A stretch of DNA of 64,000 bases from Candidatus Limnocylindrales bacterium (GTDB lineage Bacteria > Moduliflexota > Moduliflexia > Moduliflexales > JAUQPW01). This document shows positions 8,136 to 17,844 of this stretch, piece after piece. Position 1 is the stretch's first letter, and the number at the start of each line of letters is the position of its first letter. The stretch covers positions 1 to 64,000 of the forward strand of contig DATMBG010000026.1 in NCBI GenBank assembly GCA_035559535.1, written 5' to 3'. A program made the translations under genes and the position numbers. The notes below the pieces were generated by a model, which was not told the origin of the DNA, ran no database searches, and saw nothing but the letters and a program-made list of their open reading frames with translations.

Positions 8136-10976
8136 ATGGCTTTTATCTTTTGCCTTTTGCTCTTTACCTTCTGCCTTCCTATCCAGGCTGCTCCTGCCAA
8201 GATTATAGCGGAACCTGATTGGAAGTACAAAACAGAAGGGTTTGTAGTAACCGTTTTCCCCTTCGACCTGGATGGGGATGGAAAAAAAGAGATCATCGCC
8301 GGTTCCGATACCCTTTATGTTCTCGACTATTCGGGTAATCTAAGTTGGAAATGTGAAGAAGCTTGCAGGCAGGTTAAATACTTCCGAAGTCTGTATATAG
8401 CAGATTTGGATGGCGATGGACACGGAGAGATTTTGGCAGGTTCTGCAGGAGCAGGTCCCGATACACCTTCTTTTTTTGTTTTTGATTTCCGGGGACGGGT
8501 TTTATGGAAAACCAGGGTCCAGGGTGAGGTAACTACCCTGTATGCCATGGATTTAAATCAAGATGGAAAAGCAGAGATCCTGGCAGGTTCCACCGACGGA
8601 ACGATCTATGTCTGGGATTATCAGGGGAACCTGAGATGGAAGTATAAAATGGAAGGATCCGCCGTAACCCTGACCGCTTTTGATTTGGGTAAAAAAGGGC
8701 AATCAGCGATCCTGGCAGGATCAGAGGATGGATCGGTTTATTTGTTCGGAAATAATGGGGAACTTTGGGATCGCTTTCCGGCAAAAGGCTCTATTTTGAG
8801 TCTGTATGTGGTGGATAGGAAGACAGGGGAAGGACTCAGACCCGGCTCTACCCTTGTACTCGCTGGATCGCTGGATACTACCCTTTATGCCCTTGAACCT
8901 GAAGAAAACCAGGGGACCCTCTCTTTAAAACTGAAATGGAAATTTGAGACTTCAGGAAGTGTTAATGTGACCTATGCCTTTGATCTGGAGGGGGATGGAT
9001 CTAAGGAAATCCTGATCGGATCCGGCGATCATAGGGTTTATGTTTTGGATGAACAGGGACAGCTTAAATGGACTTTCACCACAGGAGGAGAAATCACAAG
9101 CCTTCGTGCCTTTGATCTGGATAGGGATGGTAAAGGAGAAGTTATCGTGGGATCCAACGATCAGCAGGCTTATATCCTGAACTACCTGGGAGATCCTAAG
9201 TGGAAGTATGAAACTTCAAACTTTATCTCCAGCGTTTCTGGAGCGGACATTGACGGAGATGGTAAGGGAGAGATCGTGATAGGATCGGATAATATCTATG
9301 TCTTCGGTTATCCCTCCCCTCTGGTGACCTACGGTCCCGTCTGGAACTACGAAACCAAAGAACTCCCTTCGGTAATCTCTCCCGTTGATTTGGATGGGGA
9401 CGGAAACCTGGAAATTCTCATAGGAACCCTGGGGGGTGAACTACATGTATTGGATAATCAGGGCAGTTTCAGGGGCTACTATTCTAACCTGGCTTCACAG
9501 GAATCCGATGAACAGGGAAAATCTTCTCAAATTCTGAGGACCCCTTATCAGTTTACGCCCCAGGGAGGACTCAGGTATCCCTTTCAGACCGAAGAAAGCA
9601 TTACGGCCCTTTCGGTTTATGACCTGGATCGGGATGGAAAGGATGAAATCATCGTAGGATTAAAAAACGGGGAGGTAATACTTATTCAAAATGAGGCCGA
9701 AGCCTGGAGATATCGGGCACCCGGGTCTGTATCCGCTATTTTAGTGACCGAACTGGGTAAGGAGAGAACACCCGAAATTTTAGTAGGCTCTGAAGATGGA
9801 ACCCTCCAGGCCCTGGACTTTCAAGGGACTCGAAAATGGAATTATCATACAGGTGGAAAAATAAATATCCTCCTGGCTGAAGATCTGGATGAGGACGATG
9901 AAAAAGAAATTCTTATCGGAGGGGATGATAATATCTTGTATGTACTGGATGTAGAGGAAAATACCCTCCAACAGGGAAAACTTCAGTGGTACTATGAAAC
10001 CGGTGGGAGCATTTTTGATATAAGCGCCGGAGATTTAGATGCAGATGGTGAAATCGAGATAATCCTGGCCTGTCGAGACGGAACCCTTCATATTCTCAAC
10101 CATCAGGGTCAACCCAAGAGAGTTCAAAAAATCCCCAATCTTAATACTTTTTATCCGGAGGATTTGGAGGGAAATGAAACCATTGAGATTATCACTGGTT
10201 CGGAGGATGGAACCCTGGCCGTTTTTGATACCCAGCTCAACCTTAAATGGAGTCAAAAACTGGAAAAAGGGATAACCGGTCTTATGGCAACCAATTTATA
10301 CGGTGATCAGAGGGGGGCGATCCTGGTCGGGTGTCGAGATAAGAATTTTTATATTTTTGACTCTCAAGGGAAGTTAATCTGGAAATATAGAACCCCGGGG
10401 GTTATTCAGAGTTTACAGGCCCTGGATGTAGACCAAGATGAAAATGTAGAAGTCATTCTGAGCTTCGAGGGAACTTCCAACGTGCTGGCCCTGAGTCGTG
10501 TTTATAACTCACCTCCCTTCATTCGGGAAGCCAGAGTGGAAGCCTTAGGAAAGGATGAATATCGTTATACCCTTCGGATGGGGGATGTAAATGGAGGCTA
10601 TAACCAGGTAGGGCTTGAAGTCTACAGCCCTTCTCGAAATCTTTGGAGGTTGATAGGAGAACCCAAACTGGCCGAGTCTGGAGATAAACTTACCTGGCAA
10701 CTTTCGGGTCTTTTTACTTTTTGGGATCGGGGATTACCCCATCGATATCGCTTCTTCTATAACGATCAGGGGTTGACCGGTACCTGGGGAGAATTCCGGG
10801 GGCCCGATATCCCCGGTATTCCCTGGTATATGTACGGGGTGATCCTTTTCCTATCCCTCGTTGTTTTATCCTTCTTAATCTGGAGCTGCCTTTATAAGTT
10901 TAGATCCTTCAAGGATCGGTCGCAAAAAGTAGAAGGCCGAAGGCAGAAGGATCGAAGATCCGGGATCGGAGATTAA
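8136..10976 (+). CDS. Large FG-GAP/PQQ-like beta-propeller surface protein with C-terminal membrane anchor
   Basis: More than 10 DLDGDGxxEIxxGS repeats alternating with GxLxWxY motifs; signal peptide after ATG 8136; TM helix WYMYGVILFLSLVVLSFLIW near the C-terminus; start uncertain. Confidence 0.85.
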   Translation: MAFIFCLLLFTFCLPIQAAPAKIIAEPDWKYKTEGFVVTVFPFDLDGDGKKEIIAGSDTLYVLDYSGNLSWKCEEACRQVKYFRSLYIADLDGDGHGEILAGSAGAGPDTPSFFVFDFRGRVLWKTRVQGEVTTLYAMDLNQDGKAEILAGSTDGTIYVWDYQGNLRWKYKMEGSAVTLTAFDLGKKGQSAILAGSEDGSVYLFGNNGELWDRFPAKGSILSLYVVDRKTGEGLRPGSTLVLAGSLDTTLYALEPEENQGTLSLKLKWKFETSGSVNVTYAFDLEGDGSKEILIGSGDHRVYVLDEQGQLKWTFTTGGEITSLRAFDLDRDGKGEVIVGSNDQQAYILNYLGDPKWKYETSNFISSVSGADIDGDGKGEIVIGSDNIYVFGYPSPLVTYGPVWNYETKELPSVISPVDLDGDGNLEILIGTLGGELHVLDNQGSFRGYYSNLASQESDEQGKSSQILRTPYQFTPQGGLRYPFQTEESITALSVYDLDRDGKDEIIVGLKNGEVILIQNEAEAWRYRAPGSVSAILVTELGKERTPEILVGSEDGTLQALDFQGTRKWNYHTGGKINILLAEDLDEDDEKEILIGGDDNILYVLDVEENTLQQGKLQWYYETGGSIFDISAGDLDADGEIEIILACRDGTLHILNHQGQPKRVQKIPNLNTFYPEDLEGNETIEIITGSEDGTLAVFDTQLNLKWSQKLEKGITGLMATNLYGDQRGAILVGCRDKNFYIFDSQGKLIWKYRTPGVIQSLQALDVDQDENVEVILSFEGTSNVLALSRVYNSPPFIREARVEALGKDEYRYTLRMGDVNGGYNQVGLEVYSPSRNLWRLIGEPKLAESGDKLTWQLSGLFTFWDRGLPHRYRFFYNDQGLTGTWGEFRGPDIPGIPWYMYGVILFLSLVVLSFLIWSCLYKFRSFKDRSQKVEGRRQKDRRSGIGD

Positions 10977-11043
10977 GAATAATAGAAATGCGCGTTTATC
11001 TTCGAGTCCCCTTCTACTTTCAACCTTCTGCTTTACCTATGAC

Positions 11044-11805
11044 TTACTCTTCCAGCTTGACCCGGTTGATCAAACTTCCGATCTTTTCAATTCTTACCTC
11101 AATCGTATCCCCCGGATGCATGGGGCCAACCCCGGCAGGAGTTCCCGTTGAGATGATATCTCCAGGTAAGAGTGTCATAGCCCGGGTAATGAAACTGATC
11201 AACTGGGGAACGTTAAAAACCAGCTTGGAAGTCCGGGAAGATTGCTTGACCACCCCATTCTGAATCAACTCTATTTTTAAATCTGAGGGGTCTATATCCG
11301 TTACAATGTAAGGACCACAGGGAGCAAAGGTATCAAAGGATTTTGCACGTGCAAACTGCCCATCACTCCTCTGAATATCTCGTTCCGAAACATCGTTGCA
11401 ACATATATATCCTAACACGTAATCCAGGGCTTCCGACTCTTTAACATAACGGGCCTTTTTACCTATGACTACCCCCAACTCTGCTTCATAATCGGTGCGT
11501 CGGGAGTCCCTGGGAATAATAATATCCTGCCCGGGACCAATAATAGCACTGGGAGCCTTAAAAAAGATAAGAGGAACTTTGGGCAAAGGCATTTTGGTCT
11601 CTTCCGCATGGTCCACATAGTTAAGACCAATGGCCACCAGTTTGCTGGGAATGATGGGGGCTAAGATCTCGACATCATTCAGGTTATAGGTAGTTTGAGT
11701 TACGGTATACTCTCCGAAAATATCTCCCGAGATCTCCCGCACTTTGTCGTCTTCAACCACACCATAGGCTATTTTTCCATTTCGGCTAAATCTGGCAATT
11801 TTCAC
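11044..11805 (-). CDS. Fumarylacetoacetate hydrolase family protein
   Basis: IGLNYVDH, DYEAELGVVIG, NDVSERD, AKSFDTF, GDIISTGTPAGVG. Confidence 0.95.
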   Translation of the reverse strand: MKIARFSRNGKIAYGVVEDDKVREISGDIFGEYTVTQTTYNLNDVEILAPIIPSKLVAIGLNYVDHAEETKMPLPKVPLIFFKAPSAIIGPGQDIIIPRDSRRTDYEAELGVVIGKKARYVKESEALDYVLGYICCNDVSERDIQRSDGQFARAKSFDTFAPCGPYIVTDIDPSDLKIELIQNGVVKQSSRTSKLVFNVPQLISFITRAMTLLPGDIISTGTPAGVGPMHPGDTIEVRIEKIGSLINRVKLEE

Positions 11806-12121
11806 GTTGTTTCCTCCTGTTGTTTAACAAAGTTTAATATCAAAAATCATCTTCTTAAGATCGGTTTTAAACAAATTCTAGGGGAATTAATAAGTGAGAA
11901 GTCTGAGATTGTCAAGGGGAAACTTTGAGGATTCTATCGGCATGGGGATAAGCTTCTGCCGTTCCCATAACCTCTAGAGCAGTTTATCAGGCAGCCAAAT
12001 CGTCGTCTAAATTATTTAGGGTGTCGGAGAATAGAGACTATTTCGCCAGGGTACAAAGAATACAAAAGAGTTTAAGATATTTTCCTTGCAAGTCTTATAG
12101 ATTTAGGGTGAACTTTAAGCC

Positions 12122-13474
12122 ATGTACTCGATTTTGATTGTAGACGATAATGATGCAGTCCGTTTTATGCTGTCGGACTTCCTTTCTCAGGAAGGTTACC
12201 AGATTTTTGTCGCTCAAAATGGCTTTGAAGCCCTCCGGTGGGTAAAAGATCAACCTATAGATCTTGTACTGTTGGATATTGATATGCCCGGCTTGAATGG
12301 ATTGCAGGTTCTGGAAAAAATCAAAGAGCTGGATAGTGATTGTCTGGTTATCATGTTGACGGCTCTTCAGGAAATCAAGTTCGCTGTACAGGCCATGAAA
12401 CTGGGGGCTTATGATTACTTATCCAAGCCGGTTAATCTTGAGGAAATTAAGCTGATTATCGAGAAAGGGTTGCAACATAGTCAGCTCCAGAGAAAAGCCT
12501 TCAATTTAGAACAAAAAATTCAAGAAGTCTGGAGTCCGGCGGGATTAATCGGAACCAGCCCAGGCATCACCAAGATTTATCAATTGATCGATAAAGTGGC
12601 ACGAACTGACACCACCGTGCTTATTCAGGGAGAGAGTGGAACCGGTAAGGAGTTGGTCGCGTATACCCTTCATCAACACAGTTCCCGAAGGGATAAATCC
12701 TTTGTAACTGTAGATTGTGGGGCCATCCCAGGGGACTTGATGGAGAGTGAGTTATTCGGGCATGAAAAAGGGGCTTTTACGGGGGCTTCACAAAGAAAAA
12801 TAGGAAAGTTCGAGCTGGCCCGGGGAGGAACCCTCTTCTTAGATGAAATCGGAAACCTCCCCCTTTCCGGGCAGGCTAAACTCCTCAGAGCACTCGAACA
12901 AAAACAGATTACCCGGGTGGGCGGAACTTCAATAATTCCTACGAATGTAAGAATCATTGCGGCTACCAATCTGGTATTACGCCAGGCAGTCCGGGAAGGG
13001 AAATTCCGAGAGGATCTCTTTTATCGATTGAACGTCTTTACCTTAGAACTCCCACCTTTGCGAGAGAGAAAAGAAGATATTCCCTTGTTGGCAGAGAATT
13101 TTCTCAATCGGTTTGCTCAGCAGCAAAAGAAGAACATCCACGGGATTTCCCCAAAGGCCATGGAGATCCTCCTGGGTTATTCCTGGCCCGGGAATGTTCG
13201 AGAACTTCGGAATGTTCTGGAAAGGGCTGTTATTCTGGCCGAAGACCAGATAACCCCCGAGCACCTGCCGGATCTCACTTTATTTTCTCCCACACCTTTT
13301 TCCTCTCTGTCTTTCTCTGAAGCCAAGGAAAAACTCCTCTCAGACCTTGAGAAGAAATATATCCTGGAAGCCCTCGCCAAAAACAAAGGAAATAAAGCAA
13401 AAGCCGCCCGGGCCCTCCAAATTAATTATAAAACTCTCTACGATAAACTGAAAAAATACGGAATCGACGCCTGA
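12122..13474 (+). CDS. Sigma54-dependent response regulator (NtrC family)
   Basis: REC domain, GESGTGKE, GAFTGA, FLDEIG, WPGNVREL, Fis-type HTH. Confidence 0.95.
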   Translation: MYSILIVDDNDAVRFMLSDFLSQEGYQIFVAQNGFEALRWVKDQPIDLVLLDIDMPGLNGLQVLEKIKELDSDCLVIMLTALQEIKFAVQAMKLGAYDYLSKPVNLEEIKLIIEKGLQHSQLQRKAFNLEQKIQEVWSPAGLIGTSPGITKIYQLIDKVARTDTTVLIQGESGTGKELVAYTLHQHSSRRDKSFVTVDCGAIPGDLMESELFGHEKGAFTGASQRKIGKFELARGGTLFLDEIGNLPLSGQAKLLRALEQKQITRVGGTSIIPTNVRIIAATNLVLRQAVREGKFREDLFYRLNVFTLELPPLRERKEDIPLLAENFLNRFAQQQKKNIHGISPKAMEILLGYSWPGNVRELRNVLERAVILAEDQITPEHLPDLTLFSPTPFSSLSFSEAKEKLLSDLEKKYILEALAKNKGNKAKAARALQINYKTLYDKLKKYGIDA

Positions 13475-13784
13475 AGGTTTCTATACTCCACTTTGGAGTT
13501 TTGAAACCCTAACTTCTTCCCCAGAGAAATTTATCCTTTCCTGACCCCTTAACCTCTTCTGATCCCCTGCCCTTACAAAGACCTGCTGTGGATTCTAGCT
13601 GCTGATGTTCAATTTGAGTGATAAAAGTTTTAGCGAAAATGAAGGTGCTTATAAGTAAAAAGAGAGAAGGTTGCAACTTCTCCCTTTCCTGACTTCAAGA
13701 AGGAACCCTTTAGTATCTGGACCTTGAGAGCTCGTTTTTTATAGACTACCTCAGCCCAGGTGGTAATCCAATCGGGCCATTAGG

Positions 13785-13943
13785 ATGGTTGTAGCCAATA
13801 ATTTCGATGGGAATAAAAAAGCAGATCTTGCCGTATGGAGGCCCGATCCCGATAAAGCAGGCTGGTATCTTCTACTTTCAACCGGTAGGGTAAAAGTACA
13901 ACCCGCCGGGCATATGGAAAACTCTGACCTTATCCAATTTTAG
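13785..13943 (+). pseudogene. Single FG-GAP/VCBS repeat remnant (52 aa)
   Basis: Manual translation MVVANNFDGNKKADLAVWRPDPDKAGWYLLLSTG... matches the DFDGDGKADLAVWRPxxGxWY repeat; below the ORF-track cutoff. Confidence 0.6.
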
Positions 13944-14298
13944 AAGTTGATGAAATAGGGCTGGCATGGCAAGATAAGTTGGGTAGTGAAAGCAGCCCTA
14001 TGAGGCCAAAATTAAGTAAACAGTGTAGTAGTCCCCTGTAAAGTTAGTTTTAATATACCTTAAAAACCCCGTTAGGAGAGATCTGTTTATAGCAAAACAG
14101 CTCCCCAGCCTTATGAGAGGAAACTCCACCAGGAGTGACCGGTTCGGAACAGATCTAACCCAGATCGCTCCTGGAGGCGTCAAACGAGACGTTTGACCTG
14201 CTACGAACATCGTTTTTGATGTCTTTTAAGGATTTATCCAGATTAACTTTACAAGGTAGTAGTTACCGGCCGATACATTACCGGAACCGGAATTGATC

Positions 14299-14676
14299 AT
14301 GGAAAAAGTTATAAAGCATCAGCCGGTAACTATACTTCCAAGCCTTAACCCAGGGAAAGAAAAAATGAAAGATCCAGATATTTCAGCCACCTGCTTACAG
14401 CAGATGATTAAAGATTATGAAGAAGCACTGGAGGTTTATACCATGGATCACTTTCCTGTTCAGTATGCGACCCTACAGCACAATCTTGGAAATGCCTATC
14501 GTAAGCTTGCAGAGATAGAGAATAGAAATGAAAATTTAAAGAGGGCCCTCGAAGCTTACGAGGAAGCACTTAAAGTATTTACAAAGGAAAAATTTCCAAC
14601 AGTACATGACCTTGTGAAAGCCATCCAACTGCAGGCTGAGCAAGAGGTCAGAATATCTACTCAAACGTCCGATTAA
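14299..14676 (+). CDS. Small TPR-repeat protein
   Basis: YEEALEVYT...YATLQHNLGNAY...ALEAYEEALKVFT TPR pattern; start could be 14299 or 14365. Confidence 0.7.
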   Translation: MEKVIKHQPVTILPSLNPGKEKMKDPDISATCLQQMIKDYEEALEVYTMDHFPVQYATLQHNLGNAYRKLAEIENRNENLKRALEAYEEALKVFTKEKFPTVHDLVKAIQLQAEQEVRISTQTSD

Positions 14677-15604
14677 CCAGTTGCAGGATCGAGTCGGAGA
14701 GGGATAATCCAAGCTTTTTGGCCGTTGCTTTATTAAGTACGATGACCGTTCCAATGGGTTCGGTTACCTGAATATCCCATGGTTTCTGTTTATCTTTTAA
14801 AATTTGAAGGGTTATGGAGGCAGCCTGAGAACCGATGGTTTCATAATCTGGAGATACCGATAAAAGCGCTCCGGCCTTAACAAAATTTTCTGAATACCCC
14901 AGAAAGGGAATTTTTTGTTGCAGGGTCTGCTTCTGTAAAAATTCAAAGTTATCCTGGGTAATCACAATGGGATCTGCCACCATCCACAGCGCATCAATTT
15001 GATTTTTAATCCCATCCCAGGCTTTCTTTACCGCCTTTTCCGAAGTAACTTGAACTTCTACCAGCTTTATTCCCAAACCTGAAGAAATTTCTCTGGCCCG
15101 CCTGATAAGCTCCTGGGAGGCCTCTGGACTGTAAATCACACCAATTCGGGAGATCTGAGGGGCAATTAATTTTAAATGGGTAAACTGGGATTCTGGAGGA
15201 ACATCCAGGGAAATCCCGGTGATATTTTTGTTTTTTGACAAATCCAATTTTTTCCAATTCAAAACCATGGAGAAGATAATCGGAACATCGGGAAATCCTT
15301 CCTTAGCCAGGAAGGTTGCTTTATCTCCAATGGCAAAAATAAGCCGGGGCTTATCGTGTTTTATCTTTTCGATTAACTTCCGCCCTTTGTTCAAATCTCC
15401 TTCTATATCGAATTCCCGGACAGGATAGGAAAGGGCCTTTTTGAAGGCTTCTGCCGGAAGGTTATATTGGGGGATCTTCTGATTAGTCTTTAGGATTACA
15501 ATCTCTTCACCGGCTTCTACAAGACAGATTAACCCAAGCTCGACTAAACCTGACGTAGTCATCATAAGAATAAGAAACAAAAAAAGATGAATAGAGAACT
15601 TCAT
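14657..15604 (-). CDS. ABC-type substrate-binding protein (ABC_sub_bind/DUF534-like)
   Basis: Signal peptide; ITGISL, RIGVIYSP, DALWMVAD, GALLSVSPDY, VLNKATAKKLGL. Confidence 0.85.
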   Translation of the reverse strand: MKFSIHLFLFLILMMTTSGLVELGLICLVEAGEEIVILKTNQKIPQYNLPAEAFKKALSYPVREFDIEGDLNKGRKLIEKIKHDKPRLIFAIGDKATFLAKEGFPDVPIIFSMVLNWKKLDLSKNKNITGISLDVPPESQFTHLKLIAPQISRIGVIYSPEASQELIRRAREISSGLGIKLVEVQVTSEKAVKKAWDGIKNQIDALWMVADPIVITQDNFEFLQKQTLQQKIPFLGYSENFVKAGALLSVSPDYETIGSQAASITLQILKDKQKPWDIQVTEPIGTVIVLNKATAKKLGLSLSDSILQLVNRTFE

Positions 15605-15608
15605 GGTT

Positions 15609-16424
15609 TTATTCTAAATGCCCCAGAATTTCCTCATCCGGCACAATCCAGCGATCGTAGTTCAACAAGTTTAAAACCTCTTTTCCATCAGGACTTTCAG
15701 ACATTTTTAAAAAGATCGATTTGATTTTTTCGATTTCCTCAGCCGAGGCATAATCCTTCAGAACCACCAGTAGGGGATGAAGAATTTCCGGGGAAGTATA
15801 GATAATCTTGATTTTTGCTACAGCCGGGTTAACTGCTTTTAGAATATCGATGTTATGGGGGACAACCATCGCCAGGTTTACTCGTTTGTAACTTACGGCT
15901 AATAAAGCATCCAGGTCTTTGGGTACGGTAATGATTTTCATACTCGATATATCCACAGGATTATTTTTGAAAAAGTTATCGGCTAAGAGCTCCGGCGTAT
16001 TATCTCCCAGTGGGGTGGTAGCCAGTGTTTTTCCACTCAGTTCTTTGAGATCCTGAATATCCTCCAGGGTCACCAGAACTTTTTTATAGCCTTTTTGGCC
16101 GTTCTTTATAGGAATTAAAAGGGGAGTCAGAGGGTATTTTTGAGCCAGTATGGGATAATACCAGCTTGAGATGATAAGGAAAGAGGGCTTCCTGGCTTCA
16201 ATTTGCTGCATCATCACCTCAAATTTTATAAAGGGTTGGAAATCCATAGAGAGGTTCGTCTTTTTCAAATAATTCCCCACTCTGGCTTTGAGGACACTGA
16301 CGTCTTTTAGATTAGCATCGGGATTGTAGAAGAAAATACTGGCTCCGTTGTCAGCCCCTAAAGCCGGGGTAGATCCTAAGAGTAAAAAATTTATTAAAAG
16401 GCAGCAGGCTATCTGGAGGAACAT
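15609..16424 (-). CDS. Phosphate/phosphonate-binding-like periplasmic protein (PhnD/SsuA fold)
   Basis: Signal peptide; LKELSGKTLA, DALLAV, KMSESPDGKEVLNLL pattern. Confidence 0.65.
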   Translation of the reverse strand: MFLQIACCLLINFLLLGSTPALGADNGASIFFYNPDANLKDVSVLKARVGNYLKKTNLSMDFQPFIKFEVMMQQIEARKPSFLIISSWYYPILAQKYPLTPLLIPIKNGQKGYKKVLVTLEDIQDLKELSGKTLATTPLGDNTPELLADNFFKNNPVDISSMKIITVPKDLDALLAVSYKRVNLAMVVPHNIDILKAVNPAVAKIKIIYTSPEILHPLLVVLKDYASAEEIEKIKSIFLKMSESPDGKEVLNLLNYDRWIVPDEEILGHLE

Positions 16425-16650
16425 AAAGACAGGGTCTCAACTCCTAAGGATAAGATATTCTCTTCAGGAGAGAAGATCAAATCTTTTCTCATGGGGCTCA
16501 ATAGGCCATGATTCGGTCTCCTCGAAGATTGCCGATGTCTCCACTCTCCCCTCCCCTGTGAAGGAAGGGGAGAGGGAGGAGTCAGGTACAAAAAAGATAC
16601 CCTGGAAAGTCTCTCCAGATGGGATTTAGAAGGTTATCCGCCCATGTACG

Positions 16651-16762
16651 GCGGGAATTCCCCCGCATGCAGGGGAAGGGGAGGATATAGAGGAAAAGGG
16701 GGCTTCCTTCGGAGCTTGAAGAAAATTCTGAATGACTGAATCCCCCGACTTCCATTGGGGGC
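16651..16762. mobile_element. Possible IS200/IS605-type end hairpins (non-autonomous relic)
   Basis: GAATTCCCCCGCATGCAGGGGAA and GAATCCCCCGACTTCCATTGGGGG resemble IS605/IS1341 subterminal hairpins; no tnpA/tnpB. Confidence 0.3.
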
Positions 16763-16917
16763 TATAGACAGTTCGCCGCTGACAGGGCTTTTTACCCTTA
16801 TCCCGGCACTATGGGGAAACAGGGAGGTATGCCTGCTAAACTGCTACAGATCCAGTACGGAGGTTTTTCTTGACAGGAAAAGTCTGAATCATGTATCCTT
16901 AGGTAACAGGAGGAAAT

Positions 16918-17814
16918 ATGGAGTTTAGGCAACTGGAAGTTTTTTGTAAGGTCGCAGAGTTAAAGAGTTTTACAAAAGCTGCCGAAGCAATTTATCTTAC
17001 CCAACCCACCGTGAGCAGTCATATTCAGTATCTGGAGAACTTATGGGATGTAAAGCTTTTTGACCGGACGGCCAGGATGGCCAAATTAACTAAAGCGGGT
17101 GAATTACTCTTTCAATATGCTAAAGAGATTCTGCGTTTGAGGCAGGAAATGCAAAATGCTATGGAGGAATTCTCTGGAACTATCCGGGGGAATCTGGAAG
17201 TCGGTGGGAGCAGCATTCCCGGTAATTATATTTTGCCCAGATTAATCGGCCTCTTTAAGGAAGCGTATCCTCAGGCTCAGATTAGCTTACAAGTTTCAGA
17301 TACCAAAGGTATTGTTAAAGCCTTACTGGAAGATGAAATTGAGTTAGGGGTGGTTGGTGCCCATCTTCCGGATCCTCGTTTAAGGTACGAGGTGTTTGCC
17401 AGGGAGGAGTTGGTTTTAATCGTGCCTCCAGACCATAAATGGGCCAACCGGCAGTATGTTGAGCTTGCAGATTTAATCCAGGAACCTCTTATTTTCCGTG
17501 AAAAGGGCTCCGGCACCCGAATGATTACCGAACAGGGCTTTGCAGACAAAAATATTTCTCTTAAAAATCTCCAGATTATAGCCGAAATGGGAAGTACAGA
17601 GGCTATTAAGCAGGCCGTTGTAGCAGGGATAGGGGTTTCTATCTTATCTTATCAGGCTGTTCTCCACGAGGTAAAATGTCGTTCTCTGGTGGCCCTGACC
17701 GTTCAGGATATGAGTCTTTTCCGGGAATTTTACATTGTTTACCCCCAGGTCAGAACCCTCTCCCCACTGGCTAAAGCTTTTATTCAATTCCTTTTAAGAC
17801 ACAAAATGTCTTGA
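16918..17814 (+). CDS. LysR-family transcriptional regulator (CysL-like)
   Basis: SFTKAAEAIYLTQPTVSSHI HTH; REKGSGTR and STEAIKQAV CysL-type motifs; AGGAGG RBS. Confidence 0.92.
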   Translation: MEFRQLEVFCKVAELKSFTKAAEAIYLTQPTVSSHIQYLENLWDVKLFDRTARMAKLTKAGELLFQYAKEILRLRQEMQNAMEEFSGTIRGNLEVGGSSIPGNYILPRLIGLFKEAYPQAQISLQVSDTKGIVKALLEDEIELGVVGAHLPDPRLRYEVFAREELVLIVPPDHKWANRQYVELADLIQEPLIFREKGSGTRMITEQGFADKNISLKNLQIIAEMGSTEAIKQAVVAGIGVSILSYQAVLHEVKCRSLVALTVQDMSLFREFYIVYPQVRTLSPLAKAFIQFLLRHKMS

Positions 17815-17844
17815 AAATGGGATAAAGGATGGTTCATAATTGAT

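Noticed and set aside
13972-13986. TGGCATGG as a sigma54 promoter
   Set aside because: No TTGC/TTGT at the -12 position
14117-14135. RNase P RNA-like GAGGAAACTCC motif
   Set aside because: No complementary 3' P4 strand (AACAGAA...GCTTA) found downstream
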